Below, piece by piece: positions 23,432 through 34,690 of a stretch of DNA of 64,000 nucleotides. The DNA lies in the IMG/VR virus record IMGVR_UViG_637000272_000004, positions 1 to 64,000 of that record; one strand, given 5' to 3'. Below the pieces are notes generated by a model that worked only from the letters and a program-made list of their open reading frames with translations, was not told where the DNA came from and searched no databases. The DNA comes from a virus (lineage: Duplodnaviria > Caudoviricetes). The stretch's first letter is position 1. Every line of letters begins with the position of its first letter. Position numbers and translations under genes: made by a program.

Positions 23432-24676
23432 TCAGCTGATTAAAAACGCATTTGTCCAATTTTTTTCATTGAGAATATTTGTATTTTGCAATGTTATCAA
23501 TGTTAAATAGACTCCTAGTTCTCCTTCTAAAAGACCTACTTTCTGACTTTTAAATACGCCTTCTTGATTCTCATTAATGTCTATAAAATTCACTAGATGA
23601 TTTTCCTTATAATGAGAAATCAGTTTATTTATTAATTCATTTATATAATCAGAAACTACATTTGATTCAAAATGCAAATTCATGGTCGTTAACATTAATA
23701 TTTGTGAAGATAATCCATGACAAATAGTAGGACTTATTAGATTTTTCTCCTTATCATTTACAACTTGTAACATCACTTTTTTAGACGCTTGAATAATTTC
23801 ATCATCTTGTAATGCTTGGCCGATTAAAAATAACGTCGTCATCACACCCGTATTACCATAACACCACCCATTCCGAATATAATTGAAATGATTACGTTCA
23901 GAAATCAAATCGTAACGCTGCAACCATCGATCATTGCAACAAAATTTTTCATCCACAATAAATTTGTACATGTCTTTTAATATGTGCTGATGATTTTCAA
24001 TCGTAATTCCTTTAATCACGCATAATGCAAATAAAGACATCGGTCCTAGCACTCCATGTGCAAGGCCAAGATTGATATTACCTTCAGTAAAATAATTTTT
24101 ATCAGACTCTAAAAATTGACTTTCTTGTGGGACTACCCAGCTATTTTGAGAATATTGAATGTCTTTAAAGTATGTTAATATTCTTTTTAACGCTTTAACA
24201 TTTGTGGCGTTTGCGTCTACCCGATTTAATAAATATCGCCCTATCCCCGCTAAACCACTGATAGTATCATAATTTAATGGATTTAATGGTTCTTGTAATA
24301 TTTGATCCATTTTATTTTCTATTTCATTCACAATGACTTCATCAATATTATTTAATATATTTTGATAATTCCTGCCATTTTGTGATGCTATATCCATTGA
24401 AAATGCAATTCCTGAAAGTCCACCAAATAGAGAATGATTATATTGATGTTTTTGTAAGTATGGTGCTAATTTCATGATATACTTATGCACGATTTGTTCA
24501 GTATTTGTGTTGTATGCTTTTTGATAGGCATCTAAAAATAATATTAAACCTGGAATGCCATATGATAATGTTACTGGTTCAAAGTAATCTGTTTCAGTTG
24601 ATGCTTTTGAAATAAAATCATCTACTTCTGAAATCTCTTGAAACTTTTTCTTCAAAATTAGATTCAAATCAGTCAT
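23432..24676 (-). CDS. bsaC: Lanthionine cyclase (EpiC-like)
   Basis: GLAHG, GWCYG and ICHG zinc-ligand motifs. Confidence 0.93.
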   Translation of the reverse strand: MTDLNLILKKKFQEISEVDDFISKASTETDYFEPVTLSYGIPGLILFLDAYQKAYNTNTEQIVHKYIMKLAPYLQKHQYNHSLFGGLSGIAFSMDIASQNGRNYQNILNNIDEVIVNEIENKMDQILQEPLNPLNYDTISGLAGIGRYLLNRVDANATNVKALKRILTYFKDIQYSQNSWVVPQESQFLESDKNYFTEGNINLGLAHGVLGPMSLFALCVIKGITIENHQHILKDMYKFIVDEKFCCNDRWLQRYDLISERNHFNYIRNGWCYGNTGVMTTLFLIGQALQDDEIIQASKKVMLQVVNDKEKNLISPTICHGLSSQILMLTTMNLHFESNVVSDYINELINKLISHYKENHLVNFIDINENQEGVFKSQKVGLLEGELGVYLTLITLQNTNILNEKNWTNAFLIS

Positions 24677-27662
24677 TTTTATCACCACACCAATACTTTT
24701 GAGTTTTAACAATTTCTTTTACAATAGATAAAACAAATCTTTCTTGGTCCTTATCAACGCCAAATATTCGATTGCAACGCATATGAATTAAACTGCCAAT
24801 AATCCTTGACCTTTTCGTAGCTAAAGGTTGTTTAAGACCTTTATTTAATTTGCTCAAAATTTGGTCATCATCTTTTAAAATTCGATAAATATCACTATAG
24901 TGTTTAGCGATGTTTTCGAAATTATTTTCAGGATTACATATAGTTACGAGTTCATTTTTAAAAGGTCTAATCTCTTTGCTTTTATATGAGGTAGGTACAT
25001 AGTTATTAACAATTTCCATACGCTCTTCATTAGAAATTGACAACATTTCAAATAAATACATTATTGAAATAGCAACAATAAATGGTCGCTCAAACTTAAA
25101 ATCATTGTCAATAATATTGACAGCTAAATTCGAGTCATATTCAAAAAAAGATTCTATTTCATCAATCGTGTTCTTACCGCCATATCTAAAAAATTCTGGC
25201 TCATATGATACAATTTCAAAATCTGAAACCTCTGTCGTTTGACGAATAAATGATAACCAATCTTTCAAGATACTGTATATTACATTATAATTTTCGTCAT
25301 TCCTGTATAACCTCAACTTTAAAATGTCACCTTGTTTGATATAGCGCATTAAAAAATATTGATCTATATCTCCCTTATCTTTAAGATGTTTTACAAATGG
25401 ATACAAATTGTCGATGATAAATGTATCTTGCGATGGCTTATCGATATGAATATGTAATGCAAACCAGCCTTTGTCATATTCAATATCTGTATTTTTATAT
25501 TTTGGAATTTCGATTTCGGGTCCTCGATAAGATGATTTTTTATAAATTGGTGTAACAATTTCATACACATGATCATTCTTTGATTGAGGTAAAAATGATT
25601 CTACTAAACGTACACGTTTATGCTTCTTATATTCTTTCATCAATAAATATCTATGATTAGCTAATGATAAATTTAGTAGAAGCTTGTTATCTCCATAAAC
25701 TAAATTCACGATGTTAGGTATATTGAATTGTTCTTGATATTTCAAAAATTGTTGATCCCATTCTTCATTTTTAGGTAAAGGTAATAACATCTCGTTAATT
25801 TTCCAATATGCTGGTTTAAGAATGACATTTTTATATCTGATTCGTGGTGAATAACTAAATGAATCAATACTCACATCATTCATAGGTTCAATGCATTTCA
25901 CAGATTCCATTGAAATTTCTCGTAACAATCGATATAAATTACTTTCTTTTAAAAAGTTATACATATTGTTTGATTCAAATAGTACCCTTTTATTTAGTTG
26001 GCTAGAATATAAATATAATTTGTTAAAGGTAGCACCAACATAAATATCATCTAAGGTAAGCTCATACTTTGAATCACTATTACTACTTCCTAAATTCAAT
26101 GAATATTCGTATGAGTCATGATTAGTTAATACATTATGATTTCTCGGATATTTCGGTATGTTATTTATAGAAACAAATTCTACATTGTCATCATGCATCG
26201 ACTTTTGATAATAATGTGCTTTTTCATGTTCTAATTTTGCTAAAGTTTCAGTATCAATTAAATGATGAAAGCGCCCAAATGTAGCTCCTGCATTTAACGA
26301 AACTGTTATAGGACTAATAACAATGAGTTCATTATGCTGATTGTAAAAACGTCCTAAATAAATTTCAGCATAAACATCTGCACTCATTGGCGCATGATAA
26401 TGATTGATTTCATTATCGTTAATCAATGTCTCTACATCTTTTTCATTTATGACTATCTCATCGTTATTTCTCAAGGCATGTAAAAATTTTTGCTTAAGCA
26501 TTACAATATTATTTTCGTCGCCTTTAACTTCATTATAAATCGATGTTCCAAATCCTGTGATATCCGAAAGTAAATCTTTAACATTAACAAGTTGTTCAAA
26601 TCCATACTTTTCAATAAAACGGTTGTGAAGAACTTTCAAATCTGTGAATCCAATATTATTTCTTGATAAAAGCCACAATAAGTACGCTGCTTCAGATATA
26701 TTTGTTGCTATATCTTGGTGTAATTGATTGTTAATCATGTCAATTTTGGTATCAATTTGAAGATAATTTTTACATTTGAATAGTGCCTTCATATGCTGAA
26801 TAATGTCTTTATATAATTTCTCACCAAATCCAATTTCTGTTTTTTCATAAGCTAATATCAATTTCTGGATTTCTCTAATTTTTTTCACAAAATTATCATT
26901 ATGTAAAGAAAGTTTAGTTAAAATATAATTTAAATTATCATTATTTGATAACGGTGGTCTGATTGTTGAATATATAATTTCCTTCGAGACAAGATTATGA
27001 ATATATGCTTTTACTTTAGAAATATCATGAATTTCAAATTCTTGATTTATCTTTTCAGCTAAATTTGAAAAAGTAATATTATTATTCGTCACAGTGATTT
27101 TGATAAATACGAGTAATTCACTATTTTTAATGGAAAAAGATGTGTCTTTATTGTTATTCAAATAAATAGCACTTTGTTCATTTAAATATATTCGATCATT
27201 GATAATATGTGCTTTACTATTCCAAATAACTTTCACATTTTGATAATATTCATCAATACTCTCAATATAACTAATCAGTTTATACAACCATTCGCCATCG
27301 ACTTTCACATATTTTTGAATACTATTTCCAACTTTAAGACGTGTTGGTTCATTTACAAAATGCCCCAAATTAATACCACTTAATAATCCAAATGGCGTTG
27401 GACGTGTTGACATTCTAATTAAATATTTTAATAAACTTTCTTTAGCATCTCTAACCTTCTTGTTATCGCCATCAAAATTTATTTCTTGTAAAGTACGATA
27501 TAAGTTAAATGTTGTTGTTAGGATTGATTCTTTCATCTGAGCATTTAATTGTAAGTCGCTATATTTAATTTGTTCAGTATTAAAAAATAAATTGAAAAAT
27601 TCAACTGATAATAAAGGTGTTCTAATCATACAAATACTTGACGGTTCGTAAATTGTGTTCAT
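24669..27662 (-). CDS. bsaB: Lantibiotic dehydratase (EpiB-like), 997 aa
   Basis: YLIRMSTRPTPFGL, FLMRY and YEPEFFRYGG motifs; GAGGTG RBS. Confidence 0.93.
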   Translation of the reverse strand: MNTIYEPSSICMIRTPLLSVEFFNLFFNTEQIKYSDLQLNAQMKESILTTTFNLYRTLQEINFDGDNKKVRDAKESLLKYLIRMSTRPTPFGLLSGINLGHFVNEPTRLKVGNSIQKYVKVDGEWLYKLISYIESIDEYYQNVKVIWNSKAHIINDRIYLNEQSAIYLNNNKDTSFSIKNSELLVFIKITVTNNNITFSNLAEKINQEFEIHDISKVKAYIHNLVSKEIIYSTIRPPLSNNDNLNYILTKLSLHNDNFVKKIREIQKLILAYEKTEIGFGEKLYKDIIQHMKALFKCKNYLQIDTKIDMINNQLHQDIATNISEAAYLLWLLSRNNIGFTDLKVLHNRFIEKYGFEQLVNVKDLLSDITGFGTSIYNEVKGDENNIVMLKQKFLHALRNNDEIVINEKDVETLINDNEINHYHAPMSADVYAEIYLGRFYNQHNELIVISPITVSLNAGATFGRFHHLIDTETLAKLEHEKAHYYQKSMHDDNVEFVSINNIPKYPRNHNVLTNHDSYEYSLNLGSSNSDSKYELTLDDIYVGATFNKLYLYSSQLNKRVLFESNNMYNFLKESNLYRLLREISMESVKCIEPMNDVSIDSFSYSPRIRYKNVILKPAYWKINEMLLPLPKNEEWDQQFLKYQEQFNIPNIVNLVYGDNKLLLNLSLANHRYLLMKEYKKHKRVRLVESFLPQSKNDHVYEIVTPIYKKSSYRGPEIEIPKYKNTDIEYDKGWFALHIHIDKPSQDTFIIDNLYPFVKHLKDKGDIDQYFLMRYIKQGDILKLRLYRNDENYNVIYSILKDWLSFIRQTTEVSDFEIVSYEPEFFRYGGKNTIDEIESFFEYDSNLAVNIIDNDFKFERPFIVAISIMYLFEMLSISNEERMEIVNNYVPTSYKSKEIRPFKNELVTICNPENNFENIAKHYSDIYRILKDDDQILSKLNKGLKQPLATKRSRIIGSLIHMRCNRIFGVDKDQERFVLSIVKEIVKTQKYWCGDKND

Positions 27663-27690
27663 TTGTAAGCACCTCACATATTTGAATAGA

Positions 27691-27718
27691 CAAATAGAGC
27701 CCTTTCAGGCTCTATTTG
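27691..27718 (-). terminator. Hairpin between bsaA2 and bsaB (leaky terminator)
   Basis: CAAATAGAGCC/GGCTCTATTTG 11-bp stem with a poor T tail. Confidence 0.75.
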
Positions 27719-27726
27719 CTATAGTC

Positions 27727-27870
27727 TTAACAGCAGAAGCTATTAAAACTACCAGTCTTACCACAACCAGGAGTACAACCAATGAAACTAGTAATACGTT
27801 CGTCACCCGCTGAATCAGAAGTGTCGTTTTTCGCTTTTACTTGTACGTCTAAATCAAGAACATTTTCCAT
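27727..27870 (-). CDS. bsaA2: Epidermin-type lantibiotic precursor (47 aa; not in the ORF track)
   Basis: MENVLDLDVQVKAKNDTSDSAGDER-ITSFIGCTPGCGKTGSFNSFCC*, AGGAGG RBS. Confidence 0.95.
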   Translation of the reverse strand: MENVLDLDVQVKAKNDTSDSAGDERITSFIGCTPGCGKTGSFNSFCC

Positions 27871-27892
27871 AGATAATACCTCCTATTAAAAG

Positions 27893-27948
27893 TTGAAGTT
27901 AAGGCCCACTTCAATTGTCATATTATCTCTTTTAACACAACAAATCAA
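27893..27948 (-). promoter_or_regulatory. bsaA2 promoter plus 5' leader hairpin
   Basis: TTGATT-17-TAATAT followed by a TTGAAGT/ACTTCAA stem-loop before the RBS; the same layout occurs at bsaA1. Confidence 0.6.
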
Positions 27949-28567
27949 TAAATTATATAATTATATTTTGTGAATTTTTTGTAAACACTTATTAATTTGG
28001 TAATACTATTTTGACATTTAGATTTTTGTTTTTTTATTACTATTTATTTTCACTAATTATTTTACATCTAAGTTCATGTTTTTAAATTTATTGGTGAATT
28101 TTTTAATAGATGAATCAATTCATTTATACAAATAATTAGATATTTTTATCTATCAATACTATTAGGAATTTGGAGATGGCTGCTTGAGATTAATTAATAG
28201 ATATTTATGCAGTTTTGTTCTATTTATACAAAATTTAGCAAATAATAATTGAAGTTATTTTAAAGATGAGGATATAAACATATAATTTCAATGACTTGAT
28301 TATTTTCTTAAATGACATGTTCTAAGAGGGTCAATATAATAACCAAAGCTTGTCATTACTTATATGTAAAGATAGAGGCTAATTACATAATCCTAACTTA
28401 TTTAACAGGAAGTCATGAAAACTATATTACAACTAAAAGTATAACTTTCCATCACCAAAGTCAGAATGCATTGAAACACTCAACTGATAATATAGAAGGC
28501 TAATTATAAAAATACCTGACGATTAGTAAACTGTTTCCCTTTTTAACACCTAATATATTTAAAAAGA

Positions 28568-28595
28568 CAAATAGAGCCTTCTCAGGCTCTATTTG
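28568..28595 (-). terminator. Hairpin after bsaA1
   Basis: Same 11-bp stem as after bsaA2. Confidence 0.75.
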
Positions 28596-28603
28596 CTGTA
28601 CCC

Positions 28604-28747
28604 TTAACAACAGAAGCTGTTAAAACTACCCGTCTTTCCACAACCAAAGCTACATAAAAAATGGCTAGTTATTCTTTCGTCACCCGCTGAATCATTAGTG
28701 TTGTTATTTCCTTTAACTTGCACGTCTAAATCAAGAACTTTTTCCAT
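28604..28747 (-). CDS. bsaA1: Second lantibiotic precursor (47 aa; not in the ORF track)
   Basis: MEKVLDLDVQVKGNNNTNDSAGDER-ITSHFLCSFGCGKTGSFNSFCC*. Confidence 0.93.
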   Translation of the reverse strand: MEKVLDLDVQVKGNNNTNDSAGDERITSHFLCSFGCGKTGSFNSFCC

Positions 28748-28768
28748 AGATACCCCCCTATTTAAAAG

Positions 28769-28824
28769 TTGAAGTTAAGACCCACTTCAATTGTCATATT
28801 AATCATTACCACACAATAAATTAA
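28769..28824 (-). promoter_or_regulatory. bsaA1 promoter plus 5' leader hairpin
   Basis: TTAATT-17-TAATAT followed by a TTGAAGT/ACTTCAA stem-loop. Confidence 0.55.
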
Positions 28825-28986
28825 TGAATTTAATAATAATTATTTGTTATTAATTTGTAAATCGTCATTAATTTTATGGTACTATTGTGATTTTAAACAA
28901 ATAATGTAACTTCTTTTTTTAATATGTTGTGAATATTTTTTGTTTAACTCTTAAATTTCGGGTTTAACTTCTTATATTTCTAACAG

Positions 28987-29970
28987 TTATACCCCAGGAT
29001 TAGTTTCTTTAGAATCCGTACCGATTAATTTAACAGTATGGTTTTGCCAGTCAACTTCATAAGTAGATGTAAACGTTACTGTATTTTGATTTTTGTAGTT
29101 ATTACCAATCCAGTGTAGTCGATTCCATTGATTAGTATATCTATCCATTTCTCTTTGGTAAGTTACTTTGATTTTAGATTTTTTTGTATCATTTTGTTTA
29201 TGAGAAAGTACGCTTATAAATTCTGGGTTAAAGTTACCACGTGCCAATAAAGGCATTTGATGTGTTGGCAAGAAATTTTGACCAGCATTTGAACTACTTT
29301 GTCTACCACCTAAAAACAGTTCATTACCATATGTTGGGTCATAACTATCTCTACCATATGGTCCCCAACCATTATTCATAATTTTGTGCGCCTCAACACC
29401 CCAGCCAATTGATTTATGATTTGTTTTTCTATCAATCGTAGTTCTGTAACTTTCTTGTTTATAATTTATCGTTTCTGAAAATGATTTTGATCCATTTAAT
29501 CCACCTGATAAGCCATTAGATATATTAATATCTCCGCCATAAGAATAACCTAATGTTTGTTGAACTTGGAATTCTTCATTTTGATTTTTAGGTGCATAGT
29601 CAACAACATTTACAGCATCATTTGATTCTGAACTAACCGAAACATTATACTTACCGCCCCAATAAAACTGTGAGTAATCGTAATCTCTTGGATTAGGCTT
29701 TTTATAACCTGAATTAATGTTACCAGCTGCCTTAAGTACTAACGTATCTTTGTCATAACTTTTATCCTTAATGAAATTAAACGTTAAAATTTGAGAAATA
29801 TTCAATTTATCATTATCAGATGTTGCTGTTGTTTTGTATAAAGTGATTTTGTCATCTACTTTTTTCTCGCTTACAGGTGTGATATGTTGAGCTGCATCAA
29901 CTGTATTCGATAGCAAAAGCAGTGCAATTGATGAAGCAACTGATGATTTGACTAATTTTTTCATTTTCAT
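28987..29970 (-). CDS. lukD: Leukotoxin F component LukD
   Basis: [22 protein letters not shown]; ends ETNPGV. Confidence 0.97.
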   Translation of the reverse strand: MKMKKLVKSSVASSIALLLLSNTVDAAQHITPVSEKKVDDKITLYKTTATSDNDKLNISQILTFNFIKDKSYDKDTLVLKAAGNINSGYKKPNPRDYDYSQFYWGGKYNVSVSSESNDAVNVVDYAPKNQNEEFQVQQTLGYSYGGDINISNGLSGGLNGSKSFSETINYKQESYRTTIDRKTNHKSIGWGVEAHKIMNNGWGPYGRDSYDPTYGNELFLGGRQSSSNAGQNFLPTHQMPLLARGNFNPEFISVLSHKQNDTKKSKIKVTYQREMDRYTNQWNRLHWIGNNYKNQNTVTFTSTYEVDWQNHTVKLIGTDSKETNPGV

Positions 29971-29971
29971 A

Positions 29972-30907
29972 TTAATTATGTCCTTTCACTTTAATTTCAT
30001 GTGTTTTCCAGTTAACTTCATATCTAACTACAAAGTTTCTATTTACAAATGCATTATGCTTTCTTTCTGCGTAAATACCAGTTCTAGGGAATAAAGTCGC
30101 ATATGTAATATCTAAGTTTCTACCATATGAAATTTCAAATTCACTCGTATCACTTGAACCTTTTTCATGTGATAGTGTAGTGATAAATGATGGATTAAAG
30201 CCACTTTGAACTAATGGTGGCAATTGATTATCAGGAGCAAAATATTCTCTTGCTGAACCTGACGGACCATTTGGACTTTGTACGAATAAATATCTATCAT
30301 GCGCAGATTTTTTACCATCAGGCGTAACAAATTCGTTTGCTTTAACACCCCATTTAACAGATTTTGAGTTTTGCTTGTCTACTTCACTGACATAACTCTT
30401 TTGGGTATAACTAATTGTTTTAGAATAATTAAATGAGCCATTGCCACCTATAGATGGTGCTGACTGGAAATTACCTCCAATGTTATATCCTAATGTTTGA
30501 CCAACATCTGTAGTTTCTATTTTGTTTTTAGGAAGGTAATTGATTAAGCTAACATTTGGATCTTTAGTCGTCAGTCCTATATTATATTGAAATGGCCAAA
30601 TCATTCGTTTAGTTAATTCATATCCACTACCCTTCACATCTGAAAATGAAGTTCTGGAATTGATAAAACCTTGCATTTTAACAATTAAAGCGTCTTTGTT
30701 ATATTTTTTATCTTTTACAAAGTCAAATTGAACATTTTGAGTAACGCCCCATTTCTTACTACTTACACCCTCCGTTCGTTTGATTACTTCAGCACCATCA
30801 CCAATATTTTCAATATTAGTATTTGCTCTAGATTCTTGAATCGGAGATGCTAAAGGTGCTATCAATCCAACTGACAAAGTTGCAGCTAACATTTTTTTCT
30901 TAAACAT
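29972..30907 (-). CDS. lukE: Leukotoxin S component LukE
   Basis: [32 protein letters not shown]; ends IKVKGHN. Confidence 0.97.
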   Translation of the reverse strand: MFKKKMLAATLSVGLIAPLASPIQESRANTNIENIGDGAEVIKRTEGVSSKKWGVTQNVQFDFVKDKKYNKDALIVKMQGFINSRTSFSDVKGSGYELTKRMIWPFQYNIGLTTKDPNVSLINYLPKNKIETTDVGQTLGYNIGGNFQSAPSIGGNGSFNYSKTISYTQKSYVSEVDKQNSKSVKWGVKANEFVTPDGKKSAHDRYLFVQSPNGPSGSAREYFAPDNQLPPLVQSGFNPSFITTLSHEKGSSDTSEFEISYGRNLDITYATLFPRTGIYAERKHNAFVNRNFVVRYEVNWKTHEIKVKGHN

Positions 30908-30978
30908 AAGTTTCACTTTCTTTCTATAATAAATTTTTAATACAAATTTATTATAGATTATTTCAATTATTTATAAAA

Positions 30979-30994
30979 TTAACTGTTCATTAAA
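30979..30994 (-). promoter_or_regulatory. SaeR box upstream of lukED
   Basis: TTTAA-tgaaca-GTTAA (1 mismatch), 23 nt before TATAAT. Confidence 0.6.
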
Positions 30995-31409
30995 AAATAA
31001 AATGCTATAAAATATTAAAAATGACACAATTTATTCATTTATGATGCTGAAAACCGGTCATTTTGACGCAACCTTAATTACATTTAAATAGTTCCCTTTA
31101 TATTCGAACAATATGATAAAATTACCGATACTCAACTTTTTCGCCATAAAAATAAAAACGAACTTTAATCAAATCTTAAAAAATAATGTTTGTATTATCA
31201 CAAATAATCTATAATTGAATTTAAAATTAACTGATTATTAACTATTGCCCGTTAAACGGAAATGATTACTTCGTAAACTGTTATAACTGAAATGTTCTAT
31301 ATATCATTTCGTAATATCGCTAGCTTTATCTAAAAATTTAAATGTTATGATTTAGCCAAATTAAAAACATATATATATTTACTATGAACTAAAAGTTCAC
31401 CCTAAAAAT

Positions 31410-31562
31410 AAAAAACCATGATTTCGAAGTCTTCATAAACTGAAGCTTCTACTCTCATGGCAATTTATACTATGATATTCAATTATAATGACTAGTCTCA
31501 TAGTAAACGGCTACTACATTCGCATGTACTTCGTTTTACTGTCCAGGCATGGTCGTTGACTT
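31410..31562 (-). ncRNA. sprC: SprC-like small RNA (about 153 nt)
   Basis: TATAAT at 31569-31574, transcript AAGTCAACGACCATGC..., CCATGA/TCATGG+T6 terminator. Position upstream of lukE matches SprC as recalled. Confidence 0.7.
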
Positions 31563-32533
31563 ATTTATATTATAATATAAATATTTTATTTTTCAATACT
31601 TAATTTTAAAAATCCCCTATGAAAATGTTGATGAGCTCATCTTTAAATCCAATCATACCTTGTATGAAAAACATATTGTGGAATGCTAATTTAACAATGT
31701 ACACTTTTGGTTGTGTATGTATGTCGCAATTCTCCCTATCATGACTATTATTCCGTATAATTATAATATTAATTATCGACTTGTAAAGTTATATTCTTAC
31801 TTGAAAAGTTATAAACATAAGTGTCAAATAATGCTAATTATGGTAAGTTAATATTACATTTAGTAACATCAAAGTTAACAAATATAGAAGAAAATCCTCA
31901 ACTTTCTAATTATGAATCAGAATATTATCTTCTTGAAAAAATTTAATTAAGACACAATTTATCAAAAGTACTAAAAGTAGAAGTCTATATGAAGAAACCA
32001 CTTATCACAAATTGACGAATGGAGACATCTTAAACCAACCCGGAACTTTGAAATTATGGACGTAGGCAAGGCTTTAGTCCAACCGTTTCATTGCATGAAT
32101 TTGGAAAAACATGTCAGATAACTATTTGAAATTACCGAATATTTACATTTAAGTAAGTCATAAATTTTATAAGTATTATGATAATATATACCATTAAAAC
32201 CAATTACTAATTCATTGTTGTAATTATGCAGGTAACTTTCCACAATAAGTCCAAAATAAATCTAATGGATAAAAAATAATCAAAACTTTAACTTTAATCA
32301 ATATTGAACTGCAAAAATTTGGCACAAGCTAAAACAATGAGTAAACCGACAGGGATTGCCAATGACACAGGTAAATCAGTAGAAGAAATGATGTGTAGAA
32401 GTTCACAAGTAAACTGGAAAATAGGGATTAATTAAAATTCGTTTTAACCTTTATACATACTAAGCAAAATTACACACTTTATAAAAATAATATTAATTTT
32501 GTAAAATTCAGCTTATTTGGAGGATTAATAGCA

Positions 32534-33130
32534 ATGATAAAACAGGTTCTAAGAAAAAGTTTAAATACAGTAAAAGAACATATCGATAAAAGTAACTTCC
32601 AAAAAAACTTAATATTTTCACTTGTCATATTCCCATTCTTATTTGTGCCTTACATTATAATAGATATACTCGTACATTTATCTAATAATCAAGAATACTT
32701 TAAGTTATTATCATCTATTTCACATATATTTTTAATGTTCTTTGTAACAGCAATAAGTCTATACGCTATACTTTCTATACCTTTAACATCTAATTCATGT
32801 AGGAAATCTAGCTTTAGAAAGATTAGTAAAGTAATAATTTATTTTTTAGTATTTTTTTATATCCTAAGCCATCATATCAATATAGATATTTCTAAAATGG
32901 ACTCTTCTTGGCATTTTTATGCGCTTTTTTTATGTTTTTTTATTATTTCATATAAATTAACTGAAAAAATAACGAAGGTATGCAAATGGATATTTAATGA
33001 AGAATCAAATAACGATGAAGGTTTAAGAACTCAAAAATTATTTTTTATAACGACTGTGATTTTTGGTACAATAAGTATCTTCTCAACAATTGCAAACATT
33101 TTAGTAGCAATAAAACAATTTCTAAATTAG
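32534..33130 (+). CDS. Hypothetical multi-pass membrane protein (198 aa)
   Basis: GGAGG RBS and about five hydrophobic segments. Confidence 0.75.
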   Translation: MIKQVLRKSLNTVKEHIDKSNFQKNLIFSLVIFPFLFVPYIIIDILVHLSNNQEYFKLLSSISHIFLMFFVTAISLYAILSIPLTSNSCRKSSFRKISKVIIYFLVFFYILSHHINIDISKMDSSWHFYALFLCFFIISYKLTEKITKVCKWIFNEESNNDEGLRTQKLFFITTVIFGTISIFSTIANILVAIKQFLN

Positions 33131-33297
33131 TTATATCAACTAAATAATAAAAGGTAGCAAAAATTATATAGTAAAAGCGATAGTAGATTATTAAAAAATA
33201 TATATAGCATTTGTTCTCACTGCGTCAAAACTCTAAAGCAATTAAGCCATCGAGAGTATTTAAATACACATAAATTCAAATTAAGGAGAATAGGTAA

Positions 33298-34644
33298 ATG
33301 AAAAAAGAAATTTTAAAAAAGCAATGGGTAATATGGACAATCTTAGTAACATCTTTCTTTAGTATAGGCACACCAGGTATAGCAATAATCCCGTTCAGTT
33401 TATCAATATATGCATTATCTAAATTAATACTTGTTAATAAATTTGTAGAACCCGATTTAGTAACACTTCAAAACTTGAAAGAAAAAAATAAAAGTATCAA
33501 CATTGAAAATCAAAAAATCAAGCGTGAAATACAAGAATTGAAGAATCTAAAAAAAGATTTAATATCTAGTATAGAAGAAGGTACTAAAGAACTTGAACAC
33601 GTTACTAGTTATTTGAATGATGAATTATTTAAATATGATATAGAATTAATTTATCCCTTTGATTTAGTTGAAGTAGACTCATCTCAAATTAATACATATA
33701 TTAAAAAATTACAAATGAAAGAAAAAGAATTACTAAATCTTGAAGAAGTGAAAATATTTAATGTTTCTACGGAGAATAAGAGACATCAAAATGCGCAGGC
33801 CAAGCAAATCATACGATTATTTAATGCTGAAACTTCTCAATTAATTAATAAAGTAAATAGCAAAAATATCGAAAGCATGCAGAACAAAATATTTAAAAGT
33901 TATGAAGGGATAAATAAAATATTTGAAACGGATAATGTACATATTCCTGAAGCTTTACTTGACATAAAACTTGAGATGTTAGATTTAATGAACAAATATC
34001 AAATTAAGATAGAAGATGAAAAAATCATAAGAAGAGAAGAACGAGCTAGACTGAAAGAAATAGAACTAACAGAAAAAGAAATGGAGAAAAAACTAAAAGA
34101 GCTTGATAAAGACATTAGACACCACAATAATGAAATCAAAAAGCTGACAATGTATTTAAATAACACAGATTTACAAGTCGAAAAAGAATTATATATTGAA
34201 AAGATTAGAGAATTAGATCAATCACTCAAAGATTTAAATTCTGAAAGAGAAAATGTAGAGGACAGAAAAGATAATGCTCAATCAGGGTTTGTTTATATAA
34301 TATCAAACATCGGTTCATTTGGAGAAAATGTTTATAAGATTGGTGTAACCCGTAGATTAGAACCAATGGATAGAATTAATGAATTAAGTAGCGCATCTGT
34401 TCCCTTTGAATTCGATGTGCACGCTTTAATTTTCTCTGAAAATGCTTTTGAGCTTGAAAACAAATTACACGAATACTTTAAAAAATATAAAGTTAATAAA
34501 GTTAACGGAAGAAAAGAATTCTTTAAAGTTAATATTAATGAAATTAAAGATAAAGTTTTATCAGAACACAATAGCACAGTTCAATTCATTGATGAACCAA
34601 AAGCTTTACAATACAGAGAAACTTTAAGATTAACTTCACTCTAA
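33298..34644 (+). CDS. Membrane-anchored DUF4041 + GIY-YIG (T5orf172/MUG113) nuclease; SNIPE/PD-lambda-1-like (448 aa)
   Basis: N-terminal TM segments, long coiled coil, then GFVYIISNIGSFGENVYKIGVTRRLEPMDRINELSSASVPFEFDVH..ELENKLH..NKVNGRKEFF. Confidence 0.85.
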   Translation: MKKEILKKQWVIWTILVTSFFSIGTPGIAIIPFSLSIYALSKLILVNKFVEPDLVTLQNLKEKNKSINIENQKIKREIQELKNLKKDLISSIEEGTKELEHVTSYLNDELFKYDIELIYPFDLVEVDSSQINTYIKKLQMKEKELLNLEEVKIFNVSTENKRHQNAQAKQIIRLFNAETSQLINKVNSKNIESMQNKIFKSYEGINKIFETDNVHIPEALLDIKLEMLDLMNKYQIKIEDEKIIRREERARLKEIELTEKEMEKKLKELDKDIRHHNNEIKKLTMYLNNTDLQVEKELYIEKIRELDQSLKDLNSERENVEDRKDNAQSGFVYIISNIGSFGENVYKIGVTRRLEPMDRINELSSASVPFEFDVHALIFSENAFELENKLHEYFKKYKVNKVNGRKEFFKVNINEIKDKVLSEHNSTVQFIDEPKALQYRETLRLTSL

Positions 34645-34647
34645 AAA

Positions 34648-34690
34648 TTTGGGTAGCCCTCCTACCCTTATTATTTTTTGCCAACTTTTG
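34648..34690 (+). terminator. GGGTAG/CTACCC hairpin plus T tract of the type found in staphylococcal phage integrase leaders
   Basis: TTTGGGTAGCCCTCCTACCCTTATTATTTTTTGCCAA directly after the stop codon. Confidence 0.65.

Noticed and set aside
28312-28503. 63-aa ORF between bsaA1 and bsaA2
   Set aside because: No RBS or homology; AT-rich spacer
31900-32440. Possible decayed coding fragments (e.g. MSKPTGIANDTGKSVEEM)
   Set aside because: Too short and interrupted to assign
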